Shown: positions 38,170-49,072, counted from the stretch's first letter. The stretch: DNA of 64,000 nucleotides from Candidatus Tayloriibacteriota bacterium (GCA_031384385.1 JANNAN010000017.1:3020-67019), one strand, 5' to 3'. Numbers and translations are program-made. Notes: generated by a model from the letters alone, not told the origin.

Positions 38170-38736
38170 ATGAATAAAAAAATAGGAATTATTATTGGGG
38201 TTATAGCATTAGTAATAATAGCTGGAGGAATTTATGCATCTCAGAATTCAAAAGAAAATGCAATGATGGCTAAAGAAAAAATGGAACAGGCGGGTGTGGT
38301 AGATCCAAATATGTCTGCAGAAAAGGCTATGATGGAGAAAAAGGTTATGGAAGAAAAAAGTGTAATGATGAAAGCTGACACTACAAAAACCGACACAATA
38401 ATAAAGGCAGATAGTATGATGAAGGTTGGTTCATACGAAGCTTATACACCAGAAAAAGTAGCTCTTGCTTCCGCTACTCATCATGTAGTTCTATTTTTCA
38501 GAGCAAGTTGGTGTCCGACATGTATTTCTCTTGATAAAGATATAAAATCAAATCTTAGTAAGATTCCTTCTGACTTATCAATTCTAGATATTAACTATGA
38601 CAATTCATCCGAACTAAAGAAAAAATATGGTGTAACATATCAACATACATTTGTACAAGTTGATAAAGATGGAAACTTAATCAAAAAGTGGAGTGGTAGT
38701 CCAACTCTCACTGTACTCGTAGGAGAAGTAAAATAA
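38170..38736 (+). CDS. Membrane-anchored thioredoxin-family protein with a Met-rich linker
   Basis: F.ASWCPTC and KYGVTYQHT motifs. Confidence 0.88.
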   Translation: MNKKIGIIIGVIALVIIAGGIYASQNSKENAMMAKEKMEQAGVVDPNMSAEKAMMEKKVMEEKSVMMKADTTKTDTIIKADSMMKVGSYEAYTPEKVALASATHHVVLFFRASWCPTCISLDKDIKSNLSKIPSDLSILDINYDNSSELKKKYGVTYQHTFVQVDKDGNLIKKWSGSPTLTVLVGEVK

Positions 38737-38737
38737 T

Positions 38738-40534
38738 ATGTTGCTCCTCCTGATCTCATTTATCGCTGGAGTATTGACGGTGCTTGCACCATGTATTCTT
38801 CCACTTCTTCCTGTAATTATCGGAGGATCACTTTCTGATGGTGGGACAGGAGGATTTAATAAAAAGAAAGCTTTCACTATTATTGTATCTCTCGGTGTAT
38901 CGGTTATTGTTTTTACGCTTCTTTTGAAAGCAAGTACACTTTTTATTGATATACCAGAATATGTTTGGAAGTGGATTTCAGGTGGCATCGTCTTATTTTT
39001 AGGTCTTGTTACTCTTTTTCCATCTCTTTGGGAAAGTTCACTACTAGCAAAACTTAGTTCAAAATCAAATGTTCTCATGGGTAAGGGTTATCAGAAAAAG
39101 AATTTTTGGGGCGATGTAATTATTGGGGCATCTCTCGGTCCTGTATTCTCAACATGTAGTCCTACTTATTTTATTGTCCTAGCAACAGTATTACCTGTAA
39201 ATCCTGCTATTGGCATAGTCTATCTCCTGTCTTATACCATAGGACTATGTCTCTCATTGCTCATTGTATCTATTGTTGGTCAAAAAATAATGAATAAGCT
39301 TGGCGTCGCAGCAGACCCGAAAGGCTGGTTCAAGAAAACCTTAGGAATTATATTTATTATTGTTGGTATAGCGGTCATCGGTGGATTTGATAAAAAGACC
39401 CAGCTATTTTTATTAAATTCAGGATTTTTTGATGTAACAAAAATTGAGCAAAAGCTTTTAGAAAAAAATAATGCTCCGGTTTTTATCCCATCAAGTATTT
39501 CATCAACTACCTTACAGATTGATTCACAAATGCAAAATGAATCGACAACTGAAAAAACAATTATGAAAAAAAGTGAAATGGTATATCTAAGTCAGGAGCA
39601 AAAACAGGCGAAGTTTAAAAAAGTTCCAGAACTCAGTTCTATTGATGGATATATAAACACTGATGGAAAAAGGATAACCCTTGACTCACTAAAAGGTAAG
39701 GTTGTGCTGTTAGATATATGGACATACAGCTGTATCAATTGTCAGCGAACATTGCCTTATATAAATGATTGGTATGGAAAATACAAAGAGCAGGGACTTG
39801 AGATCGTTGGTCTTCATACGCCAGAGTTTGCATTTGAAAGAGTAATATCAAATGTTGAAAAGGCAGTAGAAAAATTTGGTATCAAGTATCCCGTTGTCTT
39901 GGATAATGATTATTCAACATGGCAAGCGTTAGGTAATCAATTTTGGCCAAGAAAATATCTTATTGATATTGATGGATATATTGTTTATGACCATATTGGT
40001 GAAGGAAATTATGAAGAAACAGAAAAAGCTATTCAAGAAGCTCTAAAGGAGCGTTCTTCTCGAATGGGTATGCAGGATAAAATATCTGAAAGTATTTCAA
40101 AACCTAACAATGTTGTGTCTGTAGATTCACACCAAGTCAAAAGTCCAGAAACCTACTTCGGCTCTGCACGAAATAGTCTACTCACGAATGGGAAAAGTGG
40201 GATAACTGGAGAGCAGACACTTTCTGTACCATTGGGCATCTCTCCAAACAGATTGTATCTTGATGGTACATGGAATATGACATCTGAATATGCTGAAAAT
40301 AAAAGTGTTGGAAGTATAGTTTTTAACTATGAAGCAAAAAATGTCTATATTACTGGAGGCTCGAAGGAGGGTATTGAGATTGAAATCTATAAAGATGATG
40401 TATTTTTAAAGAAAATAATGATCAAAGATGAAACACTATATACTCTTATTCAAGATGCAGAGTATGGAAAACACGATCTTCGAATTGTAATACCAAAAGC
40501 TGGACTACAAGCATTCACTTTTACATTCGGTTAG
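38738..40534 (+). CDS. DipZ-like CcdA-thioredoxin fusion
   Basis: APCILPLLP CcdA domain; WTYSCINCQR and GLHTPEFAFE; C-terminal AFTFTFG. Confidence 0.9.
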   Translation: MLLLLISFIAGVLTVLAPCILPLLPVIIGGSLSDGGTGGFNKKKAFTIIVSLGVSVIVFTLLLKASTLFIDIPEYVWKWISGGIVLFLGLVTLFPSLWESSLLAKLSSKSNVLMGKGYQKKNFWGDVIIGASLGPVFSTCSPTYFIVLATVLPVNPAIGIVYLLSYTIGLCLSLLIVSIVGQKIMNKLGVAADPKGWFKKTLGIIFIIVGIAVIGGFDKKTQLFLLNSGFFDVTKIEQKLLEKNNAPVFIPSSISSTTLQIDSQMQNESTTEKTIMKKSEMVYLSQEQKQAKFKKVPELSSIDGYINTDGKRITLDSLKGKVVLLDIWTYSCINCQRTLPYINDWYGKYKEQGLEIVGLHTPEFAFERVISNVEKAVEKFGIKYPVVLDNDYSTWQALGNQFWPRKYLIDIDGYIVYDHIGEGNYEETEKAIQEALKERSSRMGMQDKISESISKPNNVVSVDSHQVKSPETYFGSARNSLLTNGKSGITGEQTLSVPLGISPNRLYLDGTWNMTSEYAENKSVGSIVFNYEAKNVYITGGSKEGIEIEIYKDDVFLKKIMIKDETLYTLIQDAEYGKHDLRIVIPKAGLQAFTFTFG

Positions 40535-40626
40535 AAAATATTGAAATACAATCTAATGATTGAACTAAGGCTATGTTATAGTATTAGTATTGTTTTTAAA
40601 TTTAATTTAAATAGATAAACTATAAT

Positions 40627-40995
40627 ATGAAAAAATACAAAATAATTTTTTGGGTAACTACGGGTATTATATTTTTAATGGAAGGTGTACTACCTGCTTT
40701 TACTTCGCAAAGTAAAATGGCAATTGAGGGAATTACTAGTTTAGGTTATCCAGTATATTTTAGTGGTATGCTGACCGTATTTAAAGTATTTGGATCATTA
40801 TCATTAATAATTCCGCAAATATCATCTCGCATAAAAGAGTGGGCATATGCAGGTTTTGGAATTGATTTTATTTCAGCATTTGTGAGTATTTGGATTGTTG
40901 CTGGTTTTAGAATAATGTTAATTCTCCCTGTTATTTTTATGATCTTGCTTGTGCTTTCATACATCTCTTATCATAAAATAAAAATGATAAATTAA
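40627..40995 (+). CDS. DoxX-like membrane protein
   Basis: LGYP.YF and KEWAYAGF motifs. Confidence 0.85.
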   Translation: MKKYKIIFWVTTGIIFLMEGVLPAFTSQSKMAIEGITSLGYPVYFSGMLTVFKVFGSLSLIIPQISSRIKEWAYAGFGIDFISAFVSIWIVAGFRIMLILPVIFMILLVLSYISYHKIKMIN

Positions 40996-40997
40996 AT

Positions 40998-41354
40998 ATG
41001 AATTCTCTCACTCCTGAAGAAAAAAGAATAATAATCAATAAAGGTACAGAAGCTCCATTTTCTGGTGAATATGTTAATAATAAAGAAACTGGAATTTATG
41101 TTTGTAGACAATGCGAAGCGCCACTTTATAATTCAAAAGATAAATTTGAATCTGATTGCGGTTGGCCAAGTTTCGATGATGAGATAGAAGGTTCTGTTAA
41201 AAAAAGTATTGATGCTGATGCTCAGAGAACAGAAATAACTTGTGTTAAATGTGGAGGACATTTGGGCCACTTATTTTTTGGAGAAAATTTAACTCCTAAA
41301 AATACTAGATATTGTGTTAATTCTATATCAATGAAATTTATACCAGGGAAATAA
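40998..41354 (+). CDS. msrB: Methionine-R-sulfoxide reductase
   Basis: GTE.PF, GWPSF, HLGH.F and RYCVNS motifs. Confidence 0.95.
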   Translation: MNSLTPEEKRIIINKGTEAPFSGEYVNNKETGIYVCRQCEAPLYNSKDKFESDCGWPSFDDEIEGSVKKSIDADAQRTEITCVKCGGHLGHLFFGENLTPKNTRYCVNSISMKFIPGK

Positions 41355-41355
41355 T

Positions 41356-41844
41356 ATGATAAAGAAAATAATATTAGCAGGTGGTTGTTTTTGGGGATTA
41401 CAAAATTTAATCAGAAAACAAAAAGGAATTATAAATACTCGAGTTGGTTATACTGGTGGTAAAAATGAAAATCCGACCTATGAAAATCATCCGGGGCATG
41501 CTGAAGCGATAGAAATTGAATATGATTTAGAAAAAACTTCTTATAAAAATTTATTAGATTTTTTCTTTCAAATTCATAATCCCACTACCATCAATCAACA
41601 AGGCAATGATATTGGTACTTCTTATAGATCTGCAATTTTTTATTCTAATGAAGAAGAAAGAAAAGAGGCAAATGATTTTATTAAAATTGTAAATAAATCT
41701 GATCGCTGGAAAAATCCTGTAGTTACGACGATTGAGCCATTTATTAAATTTTATCTTGCAGAAGATTATCATCAAAATTATCTACAAAAAAATCCAAATG
41801 GATATACATGTCACGCTATATGGTTTGATAGTTATCTAAAGTAG
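41356..41844 (+). CDS. msrA: Methionine-S-sulfoxide reductase
   Basis: AGGCFWG, YRSAIF and AEDYHQ.Y motifs. Confidence 0.95.
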   Translation: MIKKIILAGGCFWGLQNLIRKQKGIINTRVGYTGGKNENPTYENHPGHAEAIEIEYDLEKTSYKNLLDFFFQIHNPTTINQQGNDIGTSYRSAIFYSNEEERKEANDFIKIVNKSDRWKNPVVTTIEPFIKFYLAEDYHQNYLQKNPNGYTCHAIWFDSYLK

Positions 41845-41860
41845 TGTTATTCTCTAATTC

Positions 41861-43321
41861 ATGTCTAAGAACGATACAGTACTAAGTTTTGACGAAGTTT
41901 CATTTGAATATGGTCATAATAAGCCTATTTTACAAGAGGCTTCTCTTTCTATACGCGAAGGTATGAAGGTTACTCTAATGGGTCAAAATGGGGCTGGAAA
42001 GACTACTATATTCGATTTGATTACTAAAGAGTCAGAGCCAGAATCAGGAGATATCCATATTCACAATGGAGTTTCGATTGCTATTGCTCGTCAGGTTATT
42101 GCTCGTGATCAGCTCGATCTTACAATGAAGGAATTTTTTGAAAACTGTTTTAAAGAAAAAATTTATGATATTGATGTGAAAATTGAAGAAGTTTTAGAAA
42201 TTGTAAATTTTCATGCGCCACATAACAGAATAATTCGTTCGTTTTCTGGTGGACAACAAGCCCGTCTTTTACTTGCTTCTGCAATTATTCAAAATCCAGA
42301 TTTGCTTTTACTCGATGAGCCAACAAATAATCTAGATAAAGCTGGCATTGAACATTTAACTATATTTCTTAAAAATTATGAAAAAACTGTAATTGTCATT
42401 TCCCACGATGCCGATTTCTTGAATTCATTTACAGATGGAGTTCTTTATTTAGATATTTATACAAAGAAAATAGAACAATATTTCGGTAATTATTTTGATG
42501 TGAGAGAACAGATACGAATTCGTCTTGAAAAAGAAAATATGAAGAATGCTCAATTGGCAAAAGAAATTCAAGAAAATAAAGATAAGGCAGGATTTTTTGC
42601 AAATAAAGGCGGTCAAATGCGTCTTGTTGCAAAAAGAATGCGTGAAAAAGCAGAAGAACTTGAAGAAGAGATGGTTGATGTTAGAAGAGAGGATAAGACT
42701 ATTCGTCCTTTCGAAATTCCAGCACAACCAGAATTACTTGGCGAAATAATTAAAATAAATTCATATAAAGTAATTAGAAATCATGAGGCAACAAGTCGTA
42801 AGGTTAGTATCTCATTAAAAAGAAATAACCATTTACTTTTAAAAGGACCAAATGGAATTGGTAAAAGTACATTATTACAAACAATTGCAGAAGGTGGTTC
42901 TGGCTCAGTAATTGCATCTGATGTTCGTGTTGGATATTATCGTCAGGATTTCTCAACTTTGAATTTTGAAGATTCAGTATATGAATCTTTGATTGAAGTT
43001 GTAAAAAAAAGAACAAGCCATAATACAGAAGAGGAAATGAGATCTGTAGCTGCAGGATTTCTTATAACTCGTGATGTTATGGATACAAAGATTGGTAGTT
43101 TATCAGAAGGACAAAAAGGTCTTGTTGCATTTGCTAGGCTAGTTCTTGAAAAACCAGGTTTACTTATTCTAGATGAACCGACAAATCATATAAATTTTCG
43201 CCATCTTCCACTCATCGCTGAAGCATTAAATAATTATAAGGGTGCAATGATATTAGTCTCTCATGTTCCAGAATTTGTTGGAAAGATTAGAATTGATGAA
43301 GTTTTGGATTTAGATAAATAA
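41861..43321 (+). CDS. ABC-F family ATPase
   Basis: Two ABC domains (GQNGAGKT, GPNGIGKS), LDEPTN twice, no TM segments. Confidence 0.92.
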   Translation: MSKNDTVLSFDEVSFEYGHNKPILQEASLSIREGMKVTLMGQNGAGKTTIFDLITKESEPESGDIHIHNGVSIAIARQVIARDQLDLTMKEFFENCFKEKIYDIDVKIEEVLEIVNFHAPHNRIIRSFSGGQQARLLLASAIIQNPDLLLLDEPTNNLDKAGIEHLTIFLKNYEKTVIVISHDADFLNSFTDGVLYLDIYTKKIEQYFGNYFDVREQIRIRLEKENMKNAQLAKEIQENKDKAGFFANKGGQMRLVAKRMREKAEELEEEMVDVRREDKTIRPFEIPAQPELLGEIIKINSYKVIRNHEATSRKVSISLKRNNHLLLKGPNGIGKSTLLQTIAEGGSGSVIASDVRVGYYRQDFSTLNFEDSVYESLIEVVKKRTSHNTEEEMRSVAAGFLITRDVMDTKIGSLSEGQKGLVAFARLVLEKPGLLILDEPTNHINFRHLPLIAEALNNYKGAMILVSHVPEFVGKIRIDEVLDLDK

Positions 43322-43365
43322 AACGACCTTTGCGCATTAAATTATTTTCTGTATAATGATTATCT

Positions 43366-43500
43366 ATGGCAAAAAGACAAAGTGCGAGTACGAATATGAA
43401 AACTTCTCGTTCTCACAAGACAAAAAAGCGTTTGGCAGTAAAACACGCTCGTCTTAGTGCGAAGAAGGCAAAGAAGGGAGGAAAACGTACAAAGAAATAA
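43366..43500 (+). CDS. Small highly basic protein (44 aa), missed by the ORF track
   Basis: MAKRQSASTNMKTSRSHKTKKRLAVKHARLSAKKAKKGGKRTKK*, with its own TATAAT box and terminator. Confidence 0.75.
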   Translation: MAKRQSASTNMKTSRSHKTKKRLAVKHARLSAKKAKKGGKRTKK

Positions 43501-43540
43501 AAACTAGCCACTTGAGATAATCCCTCAGGTGGCGGTTTTT
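43501..43540. terminator. Bidirectional terminator
   Basis: GCCACTTGAG-ataatcc-CTCAGGTGGC flanked by A/T tracts between convergent genes. Confidence 0.75.
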
Positions 43541-44789
43541 ATTTATTATTAATATTATTTCCCGCCACAAATCCTGTAGTCCAACAAAGTTGCAGACTAT
43601 AACCTCCAGAAGGTCTATCAATATTTAAAATATCTCCAACCAAATAAAGATTTGGAATTATTTTTGATTGCATCGTTTTAAAATCTACTTCAGTTAAATC
43701 TACACCCCCAGAAGAAACAATAGCCTTATCTGCTCCCAATAAGCCTGAAACATTCATTGGTATACCCTTGATTATTTCTATAAGTTTCAATCTTTGTTCA
43801 CGATTTATACTGTTATTTGGAATGTTCCCATCAATATTGGAAAGTTCTAAAACAATATCAACCAAAGATGATGAGATAAAAGATCCAAGAGAATTCTTTA
43901 TTTTCTTTTTATTATCAAGTAAAAATAATTCCTGAAGTCTTGAATTCATCATTCCATGATCTAGAGAGGGAAGAAGATCAAGCCTGATCTCGACTTCTCC
44001 ATATTTTAGAAGTTCACTAATATCTTTGCTCATATTTAAAACAGTTGGTCCGCTAATTCCAAAATGTGTAAAAAGCAATCTTCCTTTTTTTATTTCTTGT
44101 TTTTGATTATTTTGAAATGTTGTTAATTTTATATCTTGTAGTGTTACTCCGGATAATCCTTTTACCCATTTATCTGAAAGTGTTATAGGTACAAGAGCAT
44201 TTTCTGAAGCTATAACCTTATGACCCAAATCTTTTAGCCAAGAGAAACCATCACCAGTAGAACCAGTTTCTGGTCTAGAAGTACCACCAGTTGCGAGTAT
44301 AAATCTCTTGGCTAAGATTTTTTTATTATCTTTTAATTTAACTAAATTAATTAAATTATTTTCTTTTTCAAAACCAATAACCGTAGCTTCATTCATTATT
44401 TCTACTTTTCCTCTTTTAATATATTCAATTAGAACATTCCAGACTGATTGTGCGCTATCACTTACTGGAAATACACGGTTCTCAGCTTCAATTTTTGTTT
44501 CCATTCCTCTGGAATTAAAAAATTCCAAAGTATCTTTTACACTAAATTGTGAAAAAGCAGAAAAAAGGAATTTGTCACTATCTTTGTATTTATTTAAAAA
44601 TGTACGCACATTAAACTCTGCATTCGTAACATTGCATCTTCCTCCCCCAGTTATTAGGAGTTTTACACCTAAGGTGGAATTTTTTTCAAGAATAATAACT
44701 TTCTTACCAAGCTCAGCTGCACGCCCAGCAGACATTAATCCTGCAGGCCCTCCACCAATTATTGCTATATCATAAATAATTTCATTCAT
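43539..44789 (-). CDS. HI0933/BaiN family flavoprotein
   Basis: IIGGGPAG, GGGRCNVTN, LFTHFG.SGP and GGY.LQ motifs. Confidence 0.93.
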   Translation of the reverse strand: MNEIIYDIAIIGGGPAGLMSAGRAAELGKKVIILEKNSTLGVKLLITGGGRCNVTNAEFNVRTFLNKYKDSDKFLFSAFSQFSVKDTLEFFNSRGMETKIEAENRVFPVSDSAQSVWNVLIEYIKRGKVEIMNEATVIGFEKENNLINLVKLKDNKKILAKRFILATGGTSRPETGSTGDGFSWLKDLGHKVIASENALVPITLSDKWVKGLSGVTLQDIKLTTFQNNQKQEIKKGRLLFTHFGISGPTVLNMSKDISELLKYGEVEIRLDLLPSLDHGMMNSRLQELFLLDNKKKIKNSLGSFISSSLVDIVLELSNIDGNIPNNSINREQRLKLIEIIKGIPMNVSGLLGADKAIVSSGGVDLTEVDFKTMQSKIIPNLYLVGDILNIDRPSGGYSLQLCWTTGFVAGNNINNK

Positions 44790-44913
44790 ATACTAAATTT
44801 CTTGCTGTTCTTTATATGGTATCACAATGCTTATAAATATGACTAACTTCAGATACATATAACTAACCTCACATACATATTGCATTAAAATATATTTAAA
44901 TATATAATCTAAA

Positions 44914-45005
44914 GGTGTGAGTACTAAATAAAGCATTTTGCTTAGTTGTTAGTACAATCCAAAATAAAATGTCTACATAAGGTCCTGCCTCGGCAGGATT
45001 TTGTG
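44914..45005 (+). ncRNA. Candidate small RNA
   Basis: TTGCAT-17-TATAAT promoter (44880-44908), 5' hairpin, terminator TCCTGCC/GGCAGGA plus T-tract; no ORF. Confidence 0.4.
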
Positions 45006-45088
45006 TTTTTAAATATTAAATTTTGCAAAATAAAAACCGCAATGATGAATCATCGCGGAGAAAGGGTAACCTTTCATTGGTTGAGGGT

Positions 45089-45427
45089 TTAGCCATGAAT
45101 AGCAGATTCAAGCGCCCCGGCGAAGACTCCAGTGTGGAATCCTTGAGCACTTTGATGAGCTTGACGGATGATAATCTCAGCCTCGCGAGATTTGGCATGG
45201 ATCATGCGAGAACCATTTTCCGTGATGATTCCCTCGACATCTTTCAGTGAATATTTCCTGATCTCGACTTCGTTAGAAGTCTGTGGTTCCGGTATGATAA
45301 ACACCTCGATGTGAGAATGTTTGTTGAAGAAGTCCAACACGCTTTGTAAGGCGTCGTTGTTTTTTTGTTTGACATATTCAACATAAGTATTCAAAACCGA
45401 ATAGGGTACTATTTTGTGGGCACTCAT
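45089..45427 (-). CDS. Hypothetical protein
   Basis: 112-aa ATG ORF in a locally GC-richer patch. Confidence 0.5.
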   Translation of the reverse strand: MSAHKIVPYSVLNTYVEYVKQKNNDALQSVLDFFNKHSHIEVFIIPEPQTSNEVEIRKYSLKDVEGIITENGSRMIHAKSREAEIIIRQAHQSAQGFHTGVFAGALESAIHG

Positions 45428-45587
45428 TTAATTTATTCCTCTGTATTTTACTACTGTATTTTTTGTTTGACTGCATCTTTCAGGGCACTTCCTCGGTGCA
45501 CTGAATAATACAATCAAAAACAGTATTTTGAAGATCAGTTTATCTTGATATATCGTAACATATATACCCACTGATGTCAACGAAAAA

Positions 45588-46256
45588 TTAATTATCAACT
45601 ATATATCCTCGTCCTGGAATATTTCTTATCATTTCATCTTCATTTTGAATATTGATCTTTTTTCTTAAATTTACAATATGAGACTCTACAGTATTTGAAA
45701 ATGGATCACTTTCTGCATTCCATACATGCTCCATAATTATTCCACGAGACAAAACCATACCTTTGTTTTTTAATAAATACTCAAGAAGATTATATTCTGT
45801 GCGTGTTAAATATATTGGAATATTTCCGCGAGAAACTACTTGTTTTTTTGTATCTAAAACTAAATTTCTACAATACAATAAAGAGCTTTCGATTTTCTTG
45901 GGTCGCCTTTGTAATGCTTTTATTCGAGCATTTAATTCTTCAAATGAAAAAGGTTTGGTTAGATAATCATCAGCACCAGCTTCGAGACAAGCAATTTTGT
46001 GTTGGGTACTGTGATTCATACTTAGAAATATTATAGGAGAATTTGAGCCAGATGATCGTATTTCTGTACAAACAGTGAAGCCATTTTTTTCTGGTAGAGA
46101 ATAATCAAGAACAATAATATCATAAGCATTTGTCCTTGCCATATAAGAACCATCAGCACCATTTGTAGAAGTATCTACAGTATGTGAAATATTTATAAAA
46201 CTATTTTTTAAAAAATCTAAAATTTCTGAATCATCTTCAATTATTAAAATTTTCAT
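45588..46256 (-). CDS. OmpR/PhoB family response regulator
   Basis: MKILIIEDD, GADDYLTKPF, LT..E..LL, V..HI..LR.KI and I.GRGY; start moved to MKILII. Confidence 0.93.
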   Translation of the reverse strand: MKILIIEDDSEILDFLKNSFINISHTVDTSTNGADGSYMARTNAYDIIVLDYSLPEKNGFTVCTEIRSSGSNSPIIFLSMNHSTQHKIACLEAGADDYLTKPFSFEELNARIKALQRRPKKIESSLLYCRNLVLDTKKQVVSRGNIPIYLTRTEYNLLEYLLKNKGMVLSRGIIMEHVWNAESDPFSNTVESHIVNLRKKINIQNEDEMIRNIPGRGYIVDN

Positions 46257-46348
46257 GAATAAAATTATATCATAAAGATAAAATTTAGTTTTATATAAAA
46301 AAATTTGACATACTAATAATTTTAGTATATTATGTAGTTCAATAAAAT

Positions 46349-47593
46349 ATGTATAAAAATAAAGGAAATTACGGCTCAAAACCATCATTTAATTCATCAA
46401 GTCCCTCTTCTGGAAGGTCTCGTTTTTCTTCCGGAAGACCACCACACCGTAGTGGGGGAAATAGAACAAAAAATAGAGGTCCACAGGGAGAAAATATTTC
46501 ACATGCTCGTTTTATAAATAAAGCCACCATTACTGAAGAGGTAGAACATTTTGTTCCAGAGCATAAATTTGCTGATTTTGTAATTGAAGAAAATTTAAAA
46601 GCTGGAATTATTAAAAAAGGTTATACATTACCAACACCAATCCAAGACAGATCAATTCCACATATATTAAAGGGTCAAGATATTGTTGGTATTGCCAATA
46701 CAGGAACAGGAAAGACAGCAGCATTTCTTATTCCTCTTATTGATAAGGTGCTAAAAAATAGAAAAAATAAAATATTGATAGTTGTTCCAACTCGTGAACT
46801 TGCTATTCAAATTCAGAATGAACTTATTGGTTTTACTCCCGGCATGAAAATATTCTCAGTTTGTTGTGTGGGAGGTGCTTATATAGGTAAACAACTTTCT
46901 GAACTTCGTTATAATAATGAATTTATAATTGGAACTCCCGGTCGTCTAAAAGATCTTATCGAAAGAAAGGCTATTCGTCTTAATGAATTTTCTACAATTG
47001 TTCTTGATGAAGCTGATAGAATGCTGGATATGGGTTTTGTGAATGATATGAGATTTTTGATGGCTGGTATGCCAAAGCCTCGTCATACATTATTCTTCTC
47101 TGCGACTATCTCTTCAGAAATTGAAAGAATGATCGGTGAATTTTTACACGAACCAGTTAGAATTTCTGTAAAAACTCGTGATACATCAAAAAATGTCGAA
47201 CAAGATATTGTTAGGGTTTCTAGAGGTCTAAACAAAATAGATGTTTTGGGTGAATTACTTGCAAAAGAAGATTTTAATAAAGTTATTATTTTTGGACGCA
47301 CTAAGCATGGAGTAGAAAAACTGTCAAAAGCACTTATTGCTAAAGGATTTAAGGCTGAATCAATTCATGGTGATAAAAATCATAGTCAAAGACAAAGAGC
47401 ATTGAAAGGATTTAAAGAAAATGTTGTTCAAATTCTTGTGGCGACTGATGTTGCGGCTAGAGGTCTTGATATTCCTGATGTAAGTCATGTTATTAACTTT
47501 GATATTCCAGCTACCTATGATGATTATGTTCACAGAATTGGACGAACTGGAAGAGCAAATAAAAAAGGAAAGGCTTTAACTTTTGTAGAGTAA
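46349..47593 (+). CDS. DEAD-box RNA helicase
   Basis: PTPIQ, TGTGKT, PTREL, DEAD, SAT and HRIGRTGR motifs. Confidence 0.96.
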   Translation: MYKNKGNYGSKPSFNSSSPSSGRSRFSSGRPPHRSGGNRTKNRGPQGENISHARFINKATITEEVEHFVPEHKFADFVIEENLKAGIIKKGYTLPTPIQDRSIPHILKGQDIVGIANTGTGKTAAFLIPLIDKVLKNRKNKILIVVPTRELAIQIQNELIGFTPGMKIFSVCCVGGAYIGKQLSELRYNNEFIIGTPGRLKDLIERKAIRLNEFSTIVLDEADRMLDMGFVNDMRFLMAGMPKPRHTLFFSATISSEIERMIGEFLHEPVRISVKTRDTSKNVEQDIVRVSRGLNKIDVLGELLAKEDFNKVIIFGRTKHGVEKLSKALIAKGFKAESIHGDKNHSQRQRALKGFKENVVQILVATDVAARGLDIPDVSHVINFDIPATYDDYVHRIGRTGRANKKGKALTFVE

Positions 47594-47619
47594 AATATCT
47601 TATGTGCTATAATCATTCT

Positions 47620-48060
47620 ATGAAGAAAATTCTGATTATTTCATTGTCTATTTTTGTTATTGTTTTAATTATCCTTTTTTCTTTTAAATTTTATAAATCA
47701 TCAAATATTTTTAAAATAATAAAACCAAGTGATAAGTCTGATTTCATAATTATTTCCTCACCCGTAAAAGATTCTCAAATTTCTTCACCATTGAGTATAA
47801 CCGGACGAGCTAGAGGAGGATGGTTTTTTGAAGGTAGTTTTCCAATTACTTTGCTTGATAGTTATAAAAATGTTATTGCCGAAGGTCATGTTACTGCACA
47901 AGGAGAATGGATGACAGAAGATTTTGTTAAATTTATAGGGAATATTCAATTTAATAATTATATAAAAGGCGCAAAGGGCTTCCTTGTTTTAAAGAAAGAC
48001 AATCCATTTGGTCTATCAGAAAACGATGCTTCTATAGAAATACCAATCACATTTAAATAA
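47620..48060 (+). CDS. Gmad2-like immunoglobulin-domain secreted protein
   Basis: I.SPL.ITG.ARG.WFFEGSFP motif after an N-terminal TM. Confidence 0.75.
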   Translation: MKKILIISLSIFVIVLIILFSFKFYKSSNIFKIIKPSDKSDFIIISSPVKDSQISSPLSITGRARGGWFFEGSFPITLLDSYKNVIAEGHVTAQGEWMTEDFVKFIGNIQFNNYIKGAKGFLVLKKDNPFGLSENDASIEIPITFK

Positions 48061-48065
48061 TTTTT

Positions 48066-49070
48066 ATGACAGATATTGTTAGAAAACTTGCACCAGAAAT
48101 TTTGGCAGAAATTAAGAAATCAAAAAATATTCTTTTACATTGCCATCCATCGCCAGATCCAGACAGTGTAGGTTCTGCATTGGCAATGAAATTAGCACTT
48201 GAACAATTGGGTAAAAAGACAACTTTAATAAAAGGAGATAGTAATATTCCTAAAGCATTTCAATTTCCATCTATTGAAACTATTTTAAATAAATCATACG
48301 CAGAAATTGATATAAAAGAATTCGATTTGTTTATCATTTTAGATAGTGGTTCTATAGAAATGATTTCTGCTAAAAATGAAATTATTTTCCCAGAAAGATT
48401 GATGACAATTGTAATTGATCATCATGCATCAAATAAGGGATATGGTGAATTAAATTTAGTCGACTCTACATATCCAGCCACAGCCCAACTCCTCTTTGAT
48501 TTATTTAAAGAAATTGGAATTAAATTAAATCATGATATTGCCCTGAATCTTTTTATGGGTATTTATAGTGATACTGGAGGATTTAGATTTGGTAATACAA
48601 TTTTAGAAACCTTCGAAATAGTTGTAGAACTTGTTAAATTAGCACCAGATTATACAAAGACAATTTCTATTATGGAGAATAGTAAGAGAAAAGAAGGCTT
48701 AATTTTTGAAGGAATAGCTCTTTCTTCAATGCAAACATTTTTTGATGGAAAATTTGCAATATCTTTTGTAAAATATGAAGATTTAAAAAAGAATAATATT
48801 CAAGAAGAAGATATTTCTACGGGTTATATTTCAAGTAAAATAAAATCAATTATCGGTATAAATTTATCAGCAACTTTAATTGAGTCAGCGCCTAATAAGA
48901 TTAAAATAAGTTTTCGAACTCGTGATTCTGAAAAATATGATGTATCAAAATTAGCAGTAGCACTTGGAGGAGGTGGTCATGTAGGTGCTGCTGGAGCTAA
49001 ACTTAATATGACCATGGAAGAGGCAATTGATAAAGTAGTAAAAAAAGTTAAAGAAATATATAATTTATAA
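48066..49070 (+). CDS. nrnA: DHH/DHHA1 phosphoesterase (NrnA-like)
   Basis: H..PDPD, IDHH, DTGGF and GGGGH motifs. Confidence 0.88.
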   Translation: MTDIVRKLAPEILAEIKKSKNILLHCHPSPDPDSVGSALAMKLALEQLGKKTTLIKGDSNIPKAFQFPSIETILNKSYAEIDIKEFDLFIILDSGSIEMISAKNEIIFPERLMTIVIDHHASNKGYGELNLVDSTYPATAQLLFDLFKEIGIKLNHDIALNLFMGIYSDTGGFRFGNTILETFEIVVELVKLAPDYTKTISIMENSKRKEGLIFEGIALSSMQTFFDGKFAISFVKYEDLKKNNIQEEDISTGYISSKIKSIIGINLSATLIESAPNKIKISFRTRDSEKYDVSKLAVALGGGGHVGAAGAKLNMTMEEAIDKVVKKVKEIYNL

Positions 49071-49072
49071 AT

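Noticed and set aside
44308-44775. 155-aa plus-strand ORF and similar short ORFs nested antisense in housekeeping genes
   Set aside because: Fully inside well-supported genes on the other strand and without recognisable motifs.
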